Shown here piece after piece: positions 10,831 through 20,959 of a DNA stretch of 64,000 nucleotides (its first letter is position 1; every line of letters starts with the position of its first letter). Origin of the DNA: Alphaproteobacteria bacterium (GTDB lineage Bacteria; Pseudomonadota; Alphaproteobacteria; GCA-2731375); NCBI GenBank assembly GCA_965225945.1, contig CBDDBZ010000023.1, positions 17,788-81,787 on the forward strand. Reading direction: 5' to 3'. Both the position numbers and the translations under genes were made by a program. The notes under the pieces are model-generated. The model was not told the origin of the DNA. It ran no database searches and was given only the letters and a program-made list of their open reading frames with translations.

Positions 10831-11483
10831 GTGGTAGTGCCGCTCGCGCCGATCCCGATCACCACGCCCAACGTCGGCTTCGGCCAGGGTGCGCGGCACT
10901 ACGGCAACATCGCCGGCATCGAAGCCCCCCTCGATCTCCATCGCTGTGCTTCCGCGCGCGACGACTGCGGGCATCTCCAGCTTCTCGACGTCGTCGATCC
11001 GGATCTGCAGTACGGCGAGTTCCTTTATACGACGTCGATCTCGCTAGGCCTGCCGGCGCATTTCGAGCGAATGGGCGCGCGACTGGACCTCATCGACGCT
11101 CTCGAGCTTCGCCCGGGATCGACCGTGATCGAGATTGGCACCGGCTTCGCTTCGCTTCCGCGGCTTCCGCGCGCGCAACTGGACGACTGGACGCTGCTAC
11201 GCCTCTTCCAGGTGGCGGCGCATGCGGGTGCTTCGGCATCGATCCGGCGGGCGCTTCGCTTCCGGGCGCGACTGGACCGGCGCGTGAGATCGCCGAGCGG
11301 CGACGAGCGACGATGGGGATCGACGGGACCGGCTTCGCCCTGGCAACCTTCTTCCGCGCGCGACTGGACCGACTTCGCTTCGCTTCCGCGCGCGACTGGA
11401 CCGGCTTCGGCTTCCGCGCGCGACTGGACCGGCTTCGCTTCGTCGCGCGATCGACTGGACCGGCCGACCTTGCGACTGATCCG
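10831..11483 (+). repeat. Direct duplication of ~10117-10592, progressively interleaved with array-unit fragments
   Basis: gtggtagtgccgctc... at 10831 is identical to 10117 onward until ~10948, then contains inserts such as cttccgcgcgcgac. Confidence 0.9.
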
Positions 11484-12923
11484 CGCGCGACTGGACCGGC
11501 TTCGCTTCGCTTCCGCGCGCGACTGGACCGGCTTCGCTTCGCTTCCGCGCGCGACTGGACCGGCTTCGCTTCGCTTCCGCGCGCGACTGGACCGGCTTCG
11601 CTTCGCTTCCGCGCGCGACTGGACCGGCTTCGCTTCGCTTCCGCGCGCGACTGGACCGGCTTCGCTTCGCTTCCGCGCGCGACTGCTTCGCTTCCGCGCG
11701 CGACTGGACCGGCTTCGCTTCGCTTCCGCGCGCGACTGGACCGGCTTCGCTTCGCTTCCGCGCGCGACTGGACCGGCTTCGCTTCGCTTCCGCGCGCGAC
11801 TGGACCGGCTTCGCTTCGCTTCCGCGCGCGACTGGACCGCTTCGCTTCCGCGCGCGACTGGACCGCTTCGCTTCCGCGCGCGACTGGACCGGCTTCGCTT
11901 CGCTTACGCGCGCGACTGGACCGGCTTCGCTTCGCTTCCGCGCGCGACTGGACCGGCTTCGCTTCGCTTCCGCGCGCGACTGGACCGGCTTCGCTTCGCT
12001 TCCGCGCGCGACTGCTTCGCTTCCGCGCGCGACTGGACCGGCTTCGCTTCGCTTCCGCGCGCGACTGGACCGGCTTCGCTTCGCTTCCGCGCGCGACTGG
12101 ACCGGCTTCGCTTCGCTTCCGCGCGCGACTGGACCGGCTTCGCTTCGCTTCCGCGCGCGACTGGACCGGCTTCGCTTCGCTTCCGCGCGCGACTGGACCG
12201 GCTTCGCTTCCGCGCGCGACTGGACCGGCTTCGCTTCCGCGCGCGACTGGACCGGCTTCGCTTCCGCGCGCGACTGGACCGGCTTCGCTTCCGCGCGCGA
12301 CTGGACCGGCTTCGCTTCCGCGCGCGACTGGACCGGCTTCGCTTCCGCGCGCGACTGGACCGGCTTCGCTTCCGCGCGCGACTGGACCGGCTTCGCTTCC
12401 GCGCGCGACTGGACCGGCTTCGCTTCCGCGCGCGACTGGACCGGCTTCGCTTCCGCGCGCGACTGGACCGACTGGACCGGCTTCGCTTCGCTTCCGCGCG
12501 CGACTGGACCGGGCTTCGCTTCCGCGCGCGACTGGACCGGCTTCGCTTCGCTTCCGCGCGCGACTGGACCGGCTTCGCTTCCGCGCGCGACTGGACCGGC
12601 TTCGCCGCTTCCGCGCGCGACTGGACCGGCTTCGCTTCGCTTCCGCGCGCGACTGGACCGGCTTCGCTTCGCTTCCGCGCGCGACTGGACCGGCTTCGCT
12701 TCGCTTCCGCGCGCGACTGGACCGGCTTCGCTTCGCTTCCGCGCGCGACTGGACCGGCTTCGCTTCGCTTCCGCGCGCGACTGGACCGGCTTCGCTTCGC
12801 TTCCGCGCGCGACTGGACCGGCGCCGCTTCCGCGCGCGACTGGACCGGCTTCCGCGCGCGACTGGACCGCTTCCGCGCGCGACTGGACCGGCTTCGCTTC
12901 GCTTCCGCGCGCGACTGGACCGG
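11484..12923 (+). repeat. Tandem minisatellite: 32-bp unit ttccgcgcgcgactggaccggcttcgcttcgc with a 27-bp variant block (~12181-12470)
   Basis: Directly visible, roughly 45-50 units (estimated from length), no spacers; last unit runs in frame into native FRARLDR-AKAAL. Confidence 0.97.
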
Positions 12924-13696
12924 GCGAAGGCGGCGTTGGCGGCGGCCCTCGACGACTGCCGCCTCGTCGCCGGTTACGGTGCTTCCGTCGGCACCGTGAC
13001 GCTGTTGCACGCGTTCGACCTCGCGGACCGCTTCGTCTTCGTCGTCGACGACAAGCCGCTGGGCCGCGTCCTGCGCGGGCCGGGTTACGAGATCCCGATC
13101 GTCGGCGCCGACCGCCTCTATAGCGAACGGCCGGACGCGGTGGTGCTGCTGGCTTGGCGCTATGGCGAGAAGATCCTGGCCCGGCACGGCGCCTACATGG
13201 GAGCGGGCGGCCGCTTCGTCCTACCCTTGCCGGAAGTGCGCGTGGTCGAGGACACGTCGCTCGACGGGTGAGGCGGCGAGACTTCGCCAGCATTGGCGAA
13301 ACGTTAACCGCATCGGTTCATCATCCCGCCGGCCGACGCGGCGTCCGCGTCTCGACGAGGCTCGAAGCTATGGCGATGAAGCTTTCCCATGTCTGCCTCG
13401 GGAGCCACGATCTGGAAGCGACCATCGCCTTCTGGCGTGAGTTGATGGGACTCGAGGTGGCGCATGAGTTTCGCAACCCCGAGGGCAAGCTCTACGGCGT
13501 CTTCCTCGCTTGTGGCGAGGGGACCTTCCTCGAGTTCTTCAAGGACGAAACACCACTTCGCGAGCAAGGCCGCTTTCGCCACATCTGCTTGGAGGTGGAC
13601 GACATCGAGGCGACGGCCACGCATGCGCGCGGGCTCGGCCACGAGGTCGAGGTGCGGCGCGGCCGGAGCGACCGGGTGCTTCAATGCTTTATTAAA

Positions 13697-14716
13697 GGCT
13701 CAATTCGTGAATTGTATGCATTAGTGATAGAGTGCCTGGAACGTCAGGAGGTTGGGTTATGGACGGCAAGGGTTTCCAGGTGTGGCTTTCGGCGGCGCGC
13801 GGGCTGACGCGCGCGCAGCGGCGCGAGGCGCTCGCGGTGCTGTCGGGCCGGAGCGAGGGCGAGGCATCGAAGGCCGCGATCGAGCTTGGTGTGGACGAGG
13901 CCCGGCGCTGTCCGCACTGCGCGAGCGAAGGGGCGGTTTCGCGCGGTATGGCGCGGGGTCTGCGGCGCTACCAGTGCAAGGGCTGCGGCAGGACCTTCAA
14001 CGCGCTGAGCGGTACGCCGCTGTCGGGCTTGCACCACAAGGAACGCTGGCTGTCGTTCGGGGCGTCGCTGGCGAAGGGGGAGACGGTGAAGGCCTCGGCG
14101 GCGCGCTGCGACGTGGCGGTGAGCACGGCGTTCCGCTGGCGTCACCGGTTTCTGGCGGCGGCGCGGAGCGATTCGGAGGTGCTCAAGGGGATCGTGGAAG
14201 CGGACGAGACCTACGTCCTGGAGAGCCGGAAGGGCGCGCGCGGGCTGGGGCGCAAGGCACGGCGGCGGGGCGGCAAGGCGAAGAAGCGCGGCCTCTCGCG
14301 CGAGCAGGTACCGGTTCTCATGGCGGCGGACCGGAGCGGAACGACGGTCAGCGCGGTGCTGCCCAGGGTCGATGCGGCGGCGCTCACGGCTGCCCTCGAC
14401 CCGGTGGTCGCGAAGGACGCCCTGCTGGTCTCCGACGGCGGCGCGAGCTACCCACCGTGCGCCGCCGCGCTCGGGGTGAGCCACGAAGCACTCAACCGCT
14501 CGATGGGGGAACGGGTTCGGGGCGATCTGCATGTGCAGACGGTGAACAGCCGCCACAGCCGGTTGAAGGACTTCCTGCGTCCCCGCCGCGGCATCGCCAC
14601 CCGCTATCTGGACAACTACCTGAGCTGGTTCCACCTCGTCGGCCTCGCCCCCGGCGCCAATGACCGAGCCTGCCTCGCCGCCGCCGTAACAAGGTGACGC
14701 ATACAATTCACGAATT
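13697..14716 (+). mobile_element. IS1595-family element, copy 1 (right IR lacks terminal GAGCC); TSD TTATTAAA
   Basis: IR ggctcaattcgtgaattgtatgc; TSD at 13689-13696 and 14717-14724; 1020 bp versus 1025 bp for copy 2. Confidence 0.95.
13759..14697 (+). CDS. IS1595-family transposase (Zn finger, HTH, DD[N] catalytic domain, ISPna2-like)
   Basis: CPHC..YQCKGC, STAFRWRHRFL, VEADETY, LVSDG, HVQTVNSRHSRLK, ATRYLDNYL; AGGAGG RBS before ATG 13759. Confidence 0.95.
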   Translation: MDGKGFQVWLSAARGLTRAQRREALAVLSGRSEGEASKAAIELGVDEARRCPHCASEGAVSRGMARGLRRYQCKGCGRTFNALSGTPLSGLHHKERWLSFGASLAKGETVKASAARCDVAVSTAFRWRHRFLAAARSDSEVLKGIVEADETYVLESRKGARGLGRKARRRGGKAKKRGLSREQVPVLMAADRSGTTVSAVLPRVDAAALTAALDPVVAKDALLVSDGGASYPPCAAALGVSHEALNRSMGERVRGDLHVQTVNSRHSRLKDFLRPRRGIATRYLDNYLSWFHLVGLAPGANDRACLAAAVTR

Positions 14717-14801
14717 TTATTAAAGATAACGAGGGTACGGTCGTCGAGTTCCAGCAACACGATGGCCAATCGGCGCTACGGGCCTATCTGGAACGGGTCG
14801 A

Positions 14802-15974
14802 TTGATCACCGAGGTCGGTTCCAAGTTTCCCATGCTCGCATCTCACCTCGACTTTTACGGCCGCCACGAGATCTCGCCCGTGCGCCAGGACCTCTCCGAC
14901 CTCGAAGCGCATTTCGCTCGCCGCGCGGCGCTCTACCGTCAGCTCGGCCTGCCGCCGCGCCTCGTCGCCGGTGCGACGGTGGTCGAAGTCGGACCCGGGA
15001 GCGGTCACAACGCGCTCCATACCGCGAGCCTGGAGCCCGCCCGCTATCTCCTGGTCGAGGGTAATCCGCGCGGCGTGGGCGACATGCAGGTGCTGTTCGC
15101 GGCCCATCCCCACCTCGCCAAGCGGATGGAGATCGTGCTGTCGCGGATCGAGGACTTCCGGACACGCGAACGTTTCGATCTCGTACTTTCGGAAGGCCTG
15201 CTCTCCGGCGTGCCGAACCCGGAGGAGGTCTTGAACGCGCTGGATGCGCTGGCGGCACCCGGCGCCGTGCTGGTGATCACCTGCGTCGATCACCTCTCGC
15301 ACTTCCCCGAGACGGTTCGCCGCGCCCTCGCCCGTCGCGTTGTGCCGGCGGGGGTCGAAATGTCGCGCGAGACGGACCTGCTGGTGGAGATGTTCGAAAG
15401 CCACCTGGCGACGCTCGGCGCGATGAGCCGGCGGCGCGACGACTGGGTCGTCGACAATCTGATCCATCCGGGCTCCATCATCCCGCTGATCAACTTCCCC
15501 GAGGCGGTGGCCCTCTTGGCCGATCGCTACGTTTTCCATAGCTCCTCGCCCCGCTTCGTCGCCGACTGGCGCTGGTACAAGGCGGTGCCGGAGGACGGCG
15601 TCGGCACCAACGCGCGCGCGATCGAGAGCTATTGGCGCCAGGCCCACAACCTGCTGGACCATCGCTGTGTGCTGGCGCCGCGCGCGGCGGCCGAGAACCA
15701 ACGGCTCTACGACCTTTGCACCCGGGCCCGGGCCGATCTCGAAGCCCACGAGCGCGCGCGGGAGCATCGCTTCCTCGGCCGCTTCGTCGCGACCCTGGAC
15801 AGAATCGTCGACGACGTTCAGGGCTTTAACGAGCCCGCGGCCGCCGGCCTGGCCGAGGCCCGCGACCTGCTGACCCGCGACGACTTGGCGCCCGACGCGG
15901 TGGCCGAGGCGGACCTGCTGGCCGCCCTCTTCGGTCGGGGGCAGCAATATTTGAGCCTGATCAAGAACGCCTGA
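14802..15974 (+). CDS. Class I SAM-dependent methyltransferase
   Basis: VVEVGPGSGHN motif I, FDLVLSEG; start overlaps the VOC stop codon. Confidence 0.8.
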   Translation: MITEVGSKFPMLASHLDFYGRHEISPVRQDLSDLEAHFARRAALYRQLGLPPRLVAGATVVEVGPGSGHNALHTASLEPARYLLVEGNPRGVGDMQVLFAAHPHLAKRMEIVLSRIEDFRTRERFDLVLSEGLLSGVPNPEEVLNALDALAAPGAVLVITCVDHLSHFPETVRRALARRVVPAGVEMSRETDLLVEMFESHLATLGAMSRRRDDWVVDNLIHPGSIIPLINFPEAVALLADRYVFHSSSPRFVADWRWYKAVPEDGVGTNARAIESYWRQAHNLLDHRCVLAPRAAAENQRLYDLCTRARADLEAHERAREHRFLGRFVATLDRIVDDVQGFNEPAAAGLAEARDLLTRDDLAPDAVAEADLLAALFGRGQQYLSLIKNA

Positions 15975-15994
15975 GGGCGCTGGGAGAGAACGAC

Positions 15995-17098
15995 ATGGCA
16001 CGGGTACTGGTCATCGGCGGCGGCTTCGCCGGCTGCATCGCGGCACAGATGCTGCAAGAGAAGGGACACGAGATCACCCTGGTGGAACGCGCGCCCGTGC
16101 TCGGCGGCGGCTGTCGCACGCTTTGGTACGGCGGCCACCCCTACACCCTCGGCCCCCGCCACTTCCTGACCCGGAACGAAAAGACCTACGAATTCCTAGA
16201 TCGCTCCTGCCCGATGCGGCGCTACGACGAGGGCCACGAGTTCCTCACCTATATCGAGCGGGACGCGGCCTTCTATCACTTCCCGATCCACCGCGACGAA
16301 GTGGCCGACATGCCGGATTGCGACCTCATCGAGGAGGAGCTGGCCCAGGCCCCCGGCCCCGACGGCGCGCGCAATCTGGAGGAATACTGGGTCTTCTCGG
16401 TCGGGCGCACGCTCTACGACAAGTTCATCGACGGCTACTCCCGTAAGATGTGGGACATCGAGAGCAACACCGAGATCACCGATTTCGGCTTCACGCCCAA
16501 GGGCGTCGCGCTCAAGACCGGGCCCAAGGCGGCCTGGACCGAGGCGATCTCCGGCTTCCCGCTCGCGGCCAACGGCTACGACGACTATTTCGACGTCGCG
16601 ACTAGGGACGTCGAGGTCCATCTCGAAACCGCGATCGAGGATTTCGACGTCGAGCGCCATCGGGTGATGATCGAGGGCGAGTGGCACGGCTTCGACCTGA
16701 TGGTCTCCACCATCTCGCCGGAGATCCTCCTGAAGGACGCCTTCGGACCGCTGCGCTGGATGGGGCGCGACTTCTTTAAGCTGGTGCTGCCGGTCTAGAA
16801 GGTATTCCCGGAGGAGGTCTACTTTCTCTACTACGCCAACGGCGAGCCGTTCACCCGGGTGGTCGAATATAAGAAATTCTTCCACTACGAATCGGCGACC
16901 ACGCTGCTCGGCATCGAGATCCCCTCCAAACGCAACAAGCTCTACCCCTATCCGGTGAAGGCCGACCAGGCGCGCCACCGGCAATACGTCGAGGCCCTGC
17001 CCGAGACGGTGTTCTCCATCGGGCGCAACGGCAGCTACCGCTATCTCGACGTCGGCCTGACGATCGAGCAGTGTTTCAAGGTCTTCGACGGGGTCTGA
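15995..17098 (+). pseudogene. UDP-galactopyranose mutase (Glf)-like FAD protein with in-frame TAG at 16796-16798
   Basis: VIGGGFAG, LGGGCRT, GPRHFLT, YSRKMW, FTRVVEYKKF, YPYP, GRNGSYRY; reading frame continues across the TAG. Confidence 0.82.
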
Positions 17099-17108
17099 GG
17101 AGGCCGAG

Positions 17109-18263
17109 ATGAACCCGCCCGTGGCGTTGGAAGCGATCCGTCTGGACGAGAGCGTGGGCGAGCCCGGCCAGGCGCTCGCCGGCTTGCCGACGCCGGAGCC
17201 GGTGCCCGATCTCCACGCCTATCTCCGTGAGCGGCGGATCCGCCTCTCGTGTTCGCCGGAGGCGCTCGCCAACTATCTCGCCTTCATGGCGTCCGAGCGG
17301 CGCTCGGCCGAGGTTGACTACCTGCCGATCCGGCTGGATTTCGAGAACGTCAGCCGCTGTAATTTCCGCTGCACCATGTGCACGGTCTCCGAGTGGCCGA
17401 AGGGCAGGCGGGCGGCCGACATGGCGCTCGCCGATTTCGAGCGGTTGTTGGACGAGCAGGTGGGCCTGGTCGAGGTCAAGGTGCAGGGCCTGGGCGAGCC
17501 GACGATGCAGGGCGAGGACTACTTCGCCATGATCCGCCTCGCCCGGAGCCGCCACATCTGGGTCCGGACCACCACCAACGCCTCGCTCCTGCACCTGAAG
17601 GACAACCATCGCAAACTGGTCGATAGCGGCGTCAACGAGATCCAGATCTCGATCGACGGCGCCGACGCCGAAGTCTTCCAGGCGATCCGGCGCGGCGCCG
17701 TGTTCGACCGGGTGATCGCCAACTGACGCCTGATCAACGACTACTGCGACGCGCAGCGCGTGGAGCGGACCAAGATGTGGACCGTGGTACAGCGCGGCAA
17801 CCGCCATCAACTGGCCGACCTCGTGCGCCTCGGCGCCCGGATAGGGTTCCGCCACATGGCCTTCTCGCTCAACCTGGTGGACTTCGGCCTCGCCGAATGG
17901 CGGATACGGAACGATGCGGTCACGGTGGAACGGGAGTTCGGCCGCGCCGAGGCGGAGGACTTGATGGCGCTGGGCGCTGAGCACGGCATCGACGTTCGTT
18001 TCTGGAGCGTCGCCCATAAATATTCGACCCGCTCGCCGTCGCGCCTCTGCCCCTGGCCATTCGAGCGTGCCGCCGTTTCCTCCGACCTCCGCGTGGTGCC
18101 CTGCTGTATCATCGGCAACCCCGACGTCAGCGAGTTGGGCTCGGCAGCCAATGGCTTTTCCGAGGTCTGGTTCGGCGCCCGCCACGCGGAATTCCGGCGT
18201 GCCCATCTGGAGGGTCGGATTCCGGCGGTCTGCCGCTCCTGCTACGAGGAGGGCACGACGTGA
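17109..18263 (+). pseudogene. Radical SAM protein with SPASM/twitch domain, in-frame TGA at 17724-17726
   Basis: CNFRCTMC, GLGEP, TTTNAS, ISIDG; C-terminal CPWPF..VVPCC..CRSC in the same frame after the TGA. Confidence 0.87.
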
Positions 18264-19179
18264 GCCCCGCCTACGACGCCGAGGCGCTGGGTTCCGATCT
18301 GCCGAGAAGCCGGAGCCAGTTTTGGAGCCGGCGGCTCGCCGAGGCGTTGGTCGGGCTGCTGGGCCTCGACCGGACCGGGCTCTTCGCCACCGAGCTGCAG
18401 CAGGCGATCCGACCGATCGCGACGATTCCGACACGCCACGGCGACTTCTACTGCCGCGCCGGCCATGGCCGCCTGGTCTGGCGGGCCCGCAGCTTCCACG
18501 AGGAGGAGCCGGAGACCGTGCCTGGCTCGACACGCTGAGTGCCCAGGACGTCTATTGGGACGTCGGCGCCAACGTCGGGCTCTACGCCCTCTATGCCGCC
18601 AAGTTCCGGGCTGCGCGGGTGATCGCGATCGAGCCGGAGGCGCAGAACCATGCGCTGCTGGTGGAGAATATCGCGCTCAACGGCTTGGGCGACAGGTGCC
18701 TGCCGATCGCCGCCGCGCTCGGCGACCGGGAGGAGTTCGGCCGCCTGCTGGTCCGCTACGTCACCAAGGGCGGTGCCTTCAACCTGTTCCGCCGCGCCCA
18801 AGAGGGCGAGCTGCCGGAGAGCTTCGAGGCCGCCCAGGCCTACGAACGTCGCCGGGGCCTCGAACAGGGGCTCTTCTCGACCACCATCGACGCCCTGGTC
18901 CACGAGCACGGACTGCCGCCGCCGACTTATCTCAAGATCGACGTCGACGGCCTGGAGCCCCGGATCATCGACGGCGCGAGCCGAAGCCTGGCCGACGATC
19001 ATCTGAAAAGCGTGCTGATCGAGCTCAACACCAAGGCGCAAGCCGATATGGCGGTGCCGCGGATCCTCGCCCGTCGGGGTTTCCGTCTGGTTTCCGAACG
19101 CTCCAACTGGCTCTCGCGGCCGGACAGCGCGCGCGCCGTCGACCTGCCCGCCACCAACATGATTTTCCGCCGCGATTGA
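18260..19179 (+). pseudogene. FkbM-family methyltransferase, 1-bp frameshift near 18520
   Basis: EEPETV|AWLDTL, WDVGANVGLYALYAA, AIEPE, YLKIDVDGLE; gagaccgtg(g)cctgg lacks one G. Confidence 0.87.
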
Positions 19180-19190
19180 CGCCCAGCGCC

Positions 19191-20069
19191 CTAGCCGCCG
19201 GGCGGCGCGACGCGGGTGAGAAATTCGATGACGGAAGCAGCGAAGATGTCGTTGCGGTCGCCAGCGACCATATGCGCGGCGTTGGCGACGTTGACGTATT
19301 CCGCGTGGGCACACTGCGCGAGGAAGCTTTGCGCGCCCTCCTCGCTCAACACGTCCGAGAGGCCGCCCCGGACCAGCAGGGTCGGCAGCGACAATCGATC
19401 GGCGCACTCGGAGAGTCGCGCCCGGTAGGCGACGATGCCGACCCGGCTTCGCCGGCGGGCCGGGTCCCAGTGCCAGACGTATTTGCCGTTCGGCCCGAGG
19501 CGGACGTTCTTCGCCAAGCCGTCGAGGGTTCGCGGCCGGGGGCGGTGCGGTTGGTAGTTGGCGATGGCTTCCGCGACCTCCTCCAGGGTGTCGAAACCGT
19601 CCGGCTTCTGGTTCATGAATTCTTGAATTTTGCGGCTGCCCTCGGACTCGATTCGGGGTGCCACGTCGACCAGGACCAGGGCGGCGGCGTCGAGCCGTGC
19701 CTCGCCGACGGCGAGCAGGCTGGTGCCGCCGCCCATCGAAGCACCGACCAGGATCGGCGCCTCGCCGCCGAGTGCCTCGATCACGCCCACCAGGTCGTCG
19801 ATCATGCGGTCGACCTCGTAGTCGCCGTCGGGCGCCCAATCGGAATCGCCGTGGCCCCGGGCATCGTAGGCCACCGCCCGGTAGCCGGCCCGGCCCAGGG
19901 TCTCACCCGCGCCCTTCCAGGCGTGTCGGGTCTGGCCGCCGCCGTGCAGCAGCAGCGCCAGGCGGCCGTTACGCGGCCCCCAGGCATCGCCGGCGATTTG
20001 CAGGCCGTCCGCGCCCGGCCATTTGTGCATCGGCACCGGCGTGCCGGGCAGCCGTTCCCCCGCGCTCAT
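19191..20069 (-). CDS. Alpha/beta hydrolase
   Basis: LLHGGGQTRHAW, DARGHGDS, GASMGG nucleophile elbow, AHMVAGD. Confidence 0.92.
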   Translation of the reverse strand: MSAGERLPGTPVPMHKWPGADGLQIAGDAWGPRNGRLALLLHGGGQTRHAWKGAGETLGRAGYRAVAYDARGHGDSDWAPDGDYEVDRMIDDLVGVIEALGGEAPILVGASMGGGTSLLAVGEARLDAAALVLVDVAPRIESEGSRKIQEFMNQKPDGFDTLEEVAEAIANYQPHRPRPRTLDGLAKNVRLGPNGKYVWHWDPARRRSRVGIVAYRARLSECADRLSLPTLLVRGGLSDVLSEEGAQSFLAQCAHAEYVNVANAAHMVAGDRNDIFAASVIEFLTRVAPPGG

Positions 20070-20277
20070 TCTGGGCGCCTCCCCCATTGTTGTTCCACTG
20101 GGCTGTTCCGCTGGCCGATCCCGGCCGGCGCCGGCATCGCGTTTCGAAGCGCCCTTGCATAGCCGACCGCCCCGGCGCCGGCAACCGGGGCGGCGGCCCA
20201 GATGCGGCGGCCGCAGGCCGAGGCTGCTATAATCGAGGGGATGGTGAGGCGGAAGTCGGACGAGAAGGGAATGGGCC

Positions 20278-20823
20278 ATGACGATTCGCAAGACCGTGCT
20301 CTATCGGGAAATCATCTTGGCCGACGATCACCGAAAGGCCTCGGCGCAGATCACCCGCGTGGTCGCCGGCGCGGTGATCGAAAATCCCTTCGCCGGCCGC
20401 TTCGTGGAGGATCTGACGCCGCTCTTCGATCTCGGCGGCCAGCTCGGCGAGCGGCTGATGGGGGAGGCGGTGGGCCTCTTGGCCGGCCCGCCGACGAGCT
20501 ACGGCAAGGCGGCGATCGTCGGCGCGGCCGGCGACATGGAGCATGGCGCGGCGATGATCCATCCCAAGCTCGGCAAGCCGATGCGGGCCGCCGTCGACGG
20601 CGGCAAGGCGCTGATCCCCTCCAACGCCAAGGTGGCGGCGGTCGGCACGCCCATTGACCTGCCGATCGGCCACAAGGACGAGACCTGGTCCTTCGCCCAC
20701 TTCGACACCATCACCGTGATGGTGTTTGACGCGCCCAGGCCGGAGGAGATCGTGCTCTTCATGGCGGTGGCGGACGGCGGCCGGCCGCACCCGCGCTCGG
20801 GGACCCAGCCGATCACCGATTGA
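20278..20823 (+). CDS. Amino acid synthesis family (DUF1185/AA_synth) protein
   Basis: VIENPFAGRFVEDL, SYGKAAIVG..GDMEHGAA, HFD, DAPRPEE, GGRPHPR. Confidence 0.88.
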   Translation: MTIRKTVLYREIILADDHRKASAQITRVVAGAVIENPFAGRFVEDLTPLFDLGGQLGERLMGEAVGLLAGPPTSYGKAAIVGAAGDMEHGAAMIHPKLGKPMRAAVDGGKALIPSNAKVAAVGTPIDLPIGHKDETWSFAHFDTITVMVFDAPRPEEIVLFMAVADGGRPHPRSGTQPITD

Positions 20824-20959
20824 CGCGCTCGCGCCAACGTGGCCGCGCCGACTTTTCCCGTCATGGTGCCGCTCGCTTGACTTCGCTCCCCCGCGGCGGG
20901 ACCCTGAAGACCGCGACCCTGTCAGCTCTCTGGTCTCCCGACCTGGAAGGGGCACGGGC

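Larger units (their letters stand above)
10060..13271 (+). pseudogene. NDP-sugar C-methyltransferase (Zn-binding + SAM + C-terminal domain), interrupted by a duplication and tandem array
   Basis: CRACG...CGDCGHLQL, EIGSNDGTLL, ANNTLAN, DTIYHEHLSYF; C-terminal AGYGASVG, VVDDK, LLAWRY, GGRFVLPLP resumes after 12923; the native segment after RVETK (10830) is missing. Confidence 0.88.
13370..14805 (+). pseudogene. VOC/glyoxalase family protein split by IS1595
   Basis: LSHVCL, TFLEFF, FRHICLEVDDIE ...VLQCFIK | IS | DNEGTVVEFQQH...RVD*; rejoins in frame after removing the IS and one TSD. Confidence 0.9.

Noticed and set aside
11484-12923. CRISPR array
   Set aside because: Units are head-to-tail with no unique spacers, no leader and no cas genes, and the unit derives from the surrounding CDS
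10060-13293. 979-, 698-, 652- and 427-aa repeat ORFs as real repeat proteins
   Set aside because: They are open only because the repeat unit lacks stop codons in every frame; the flanks are the two halves of one C-methyltransferase
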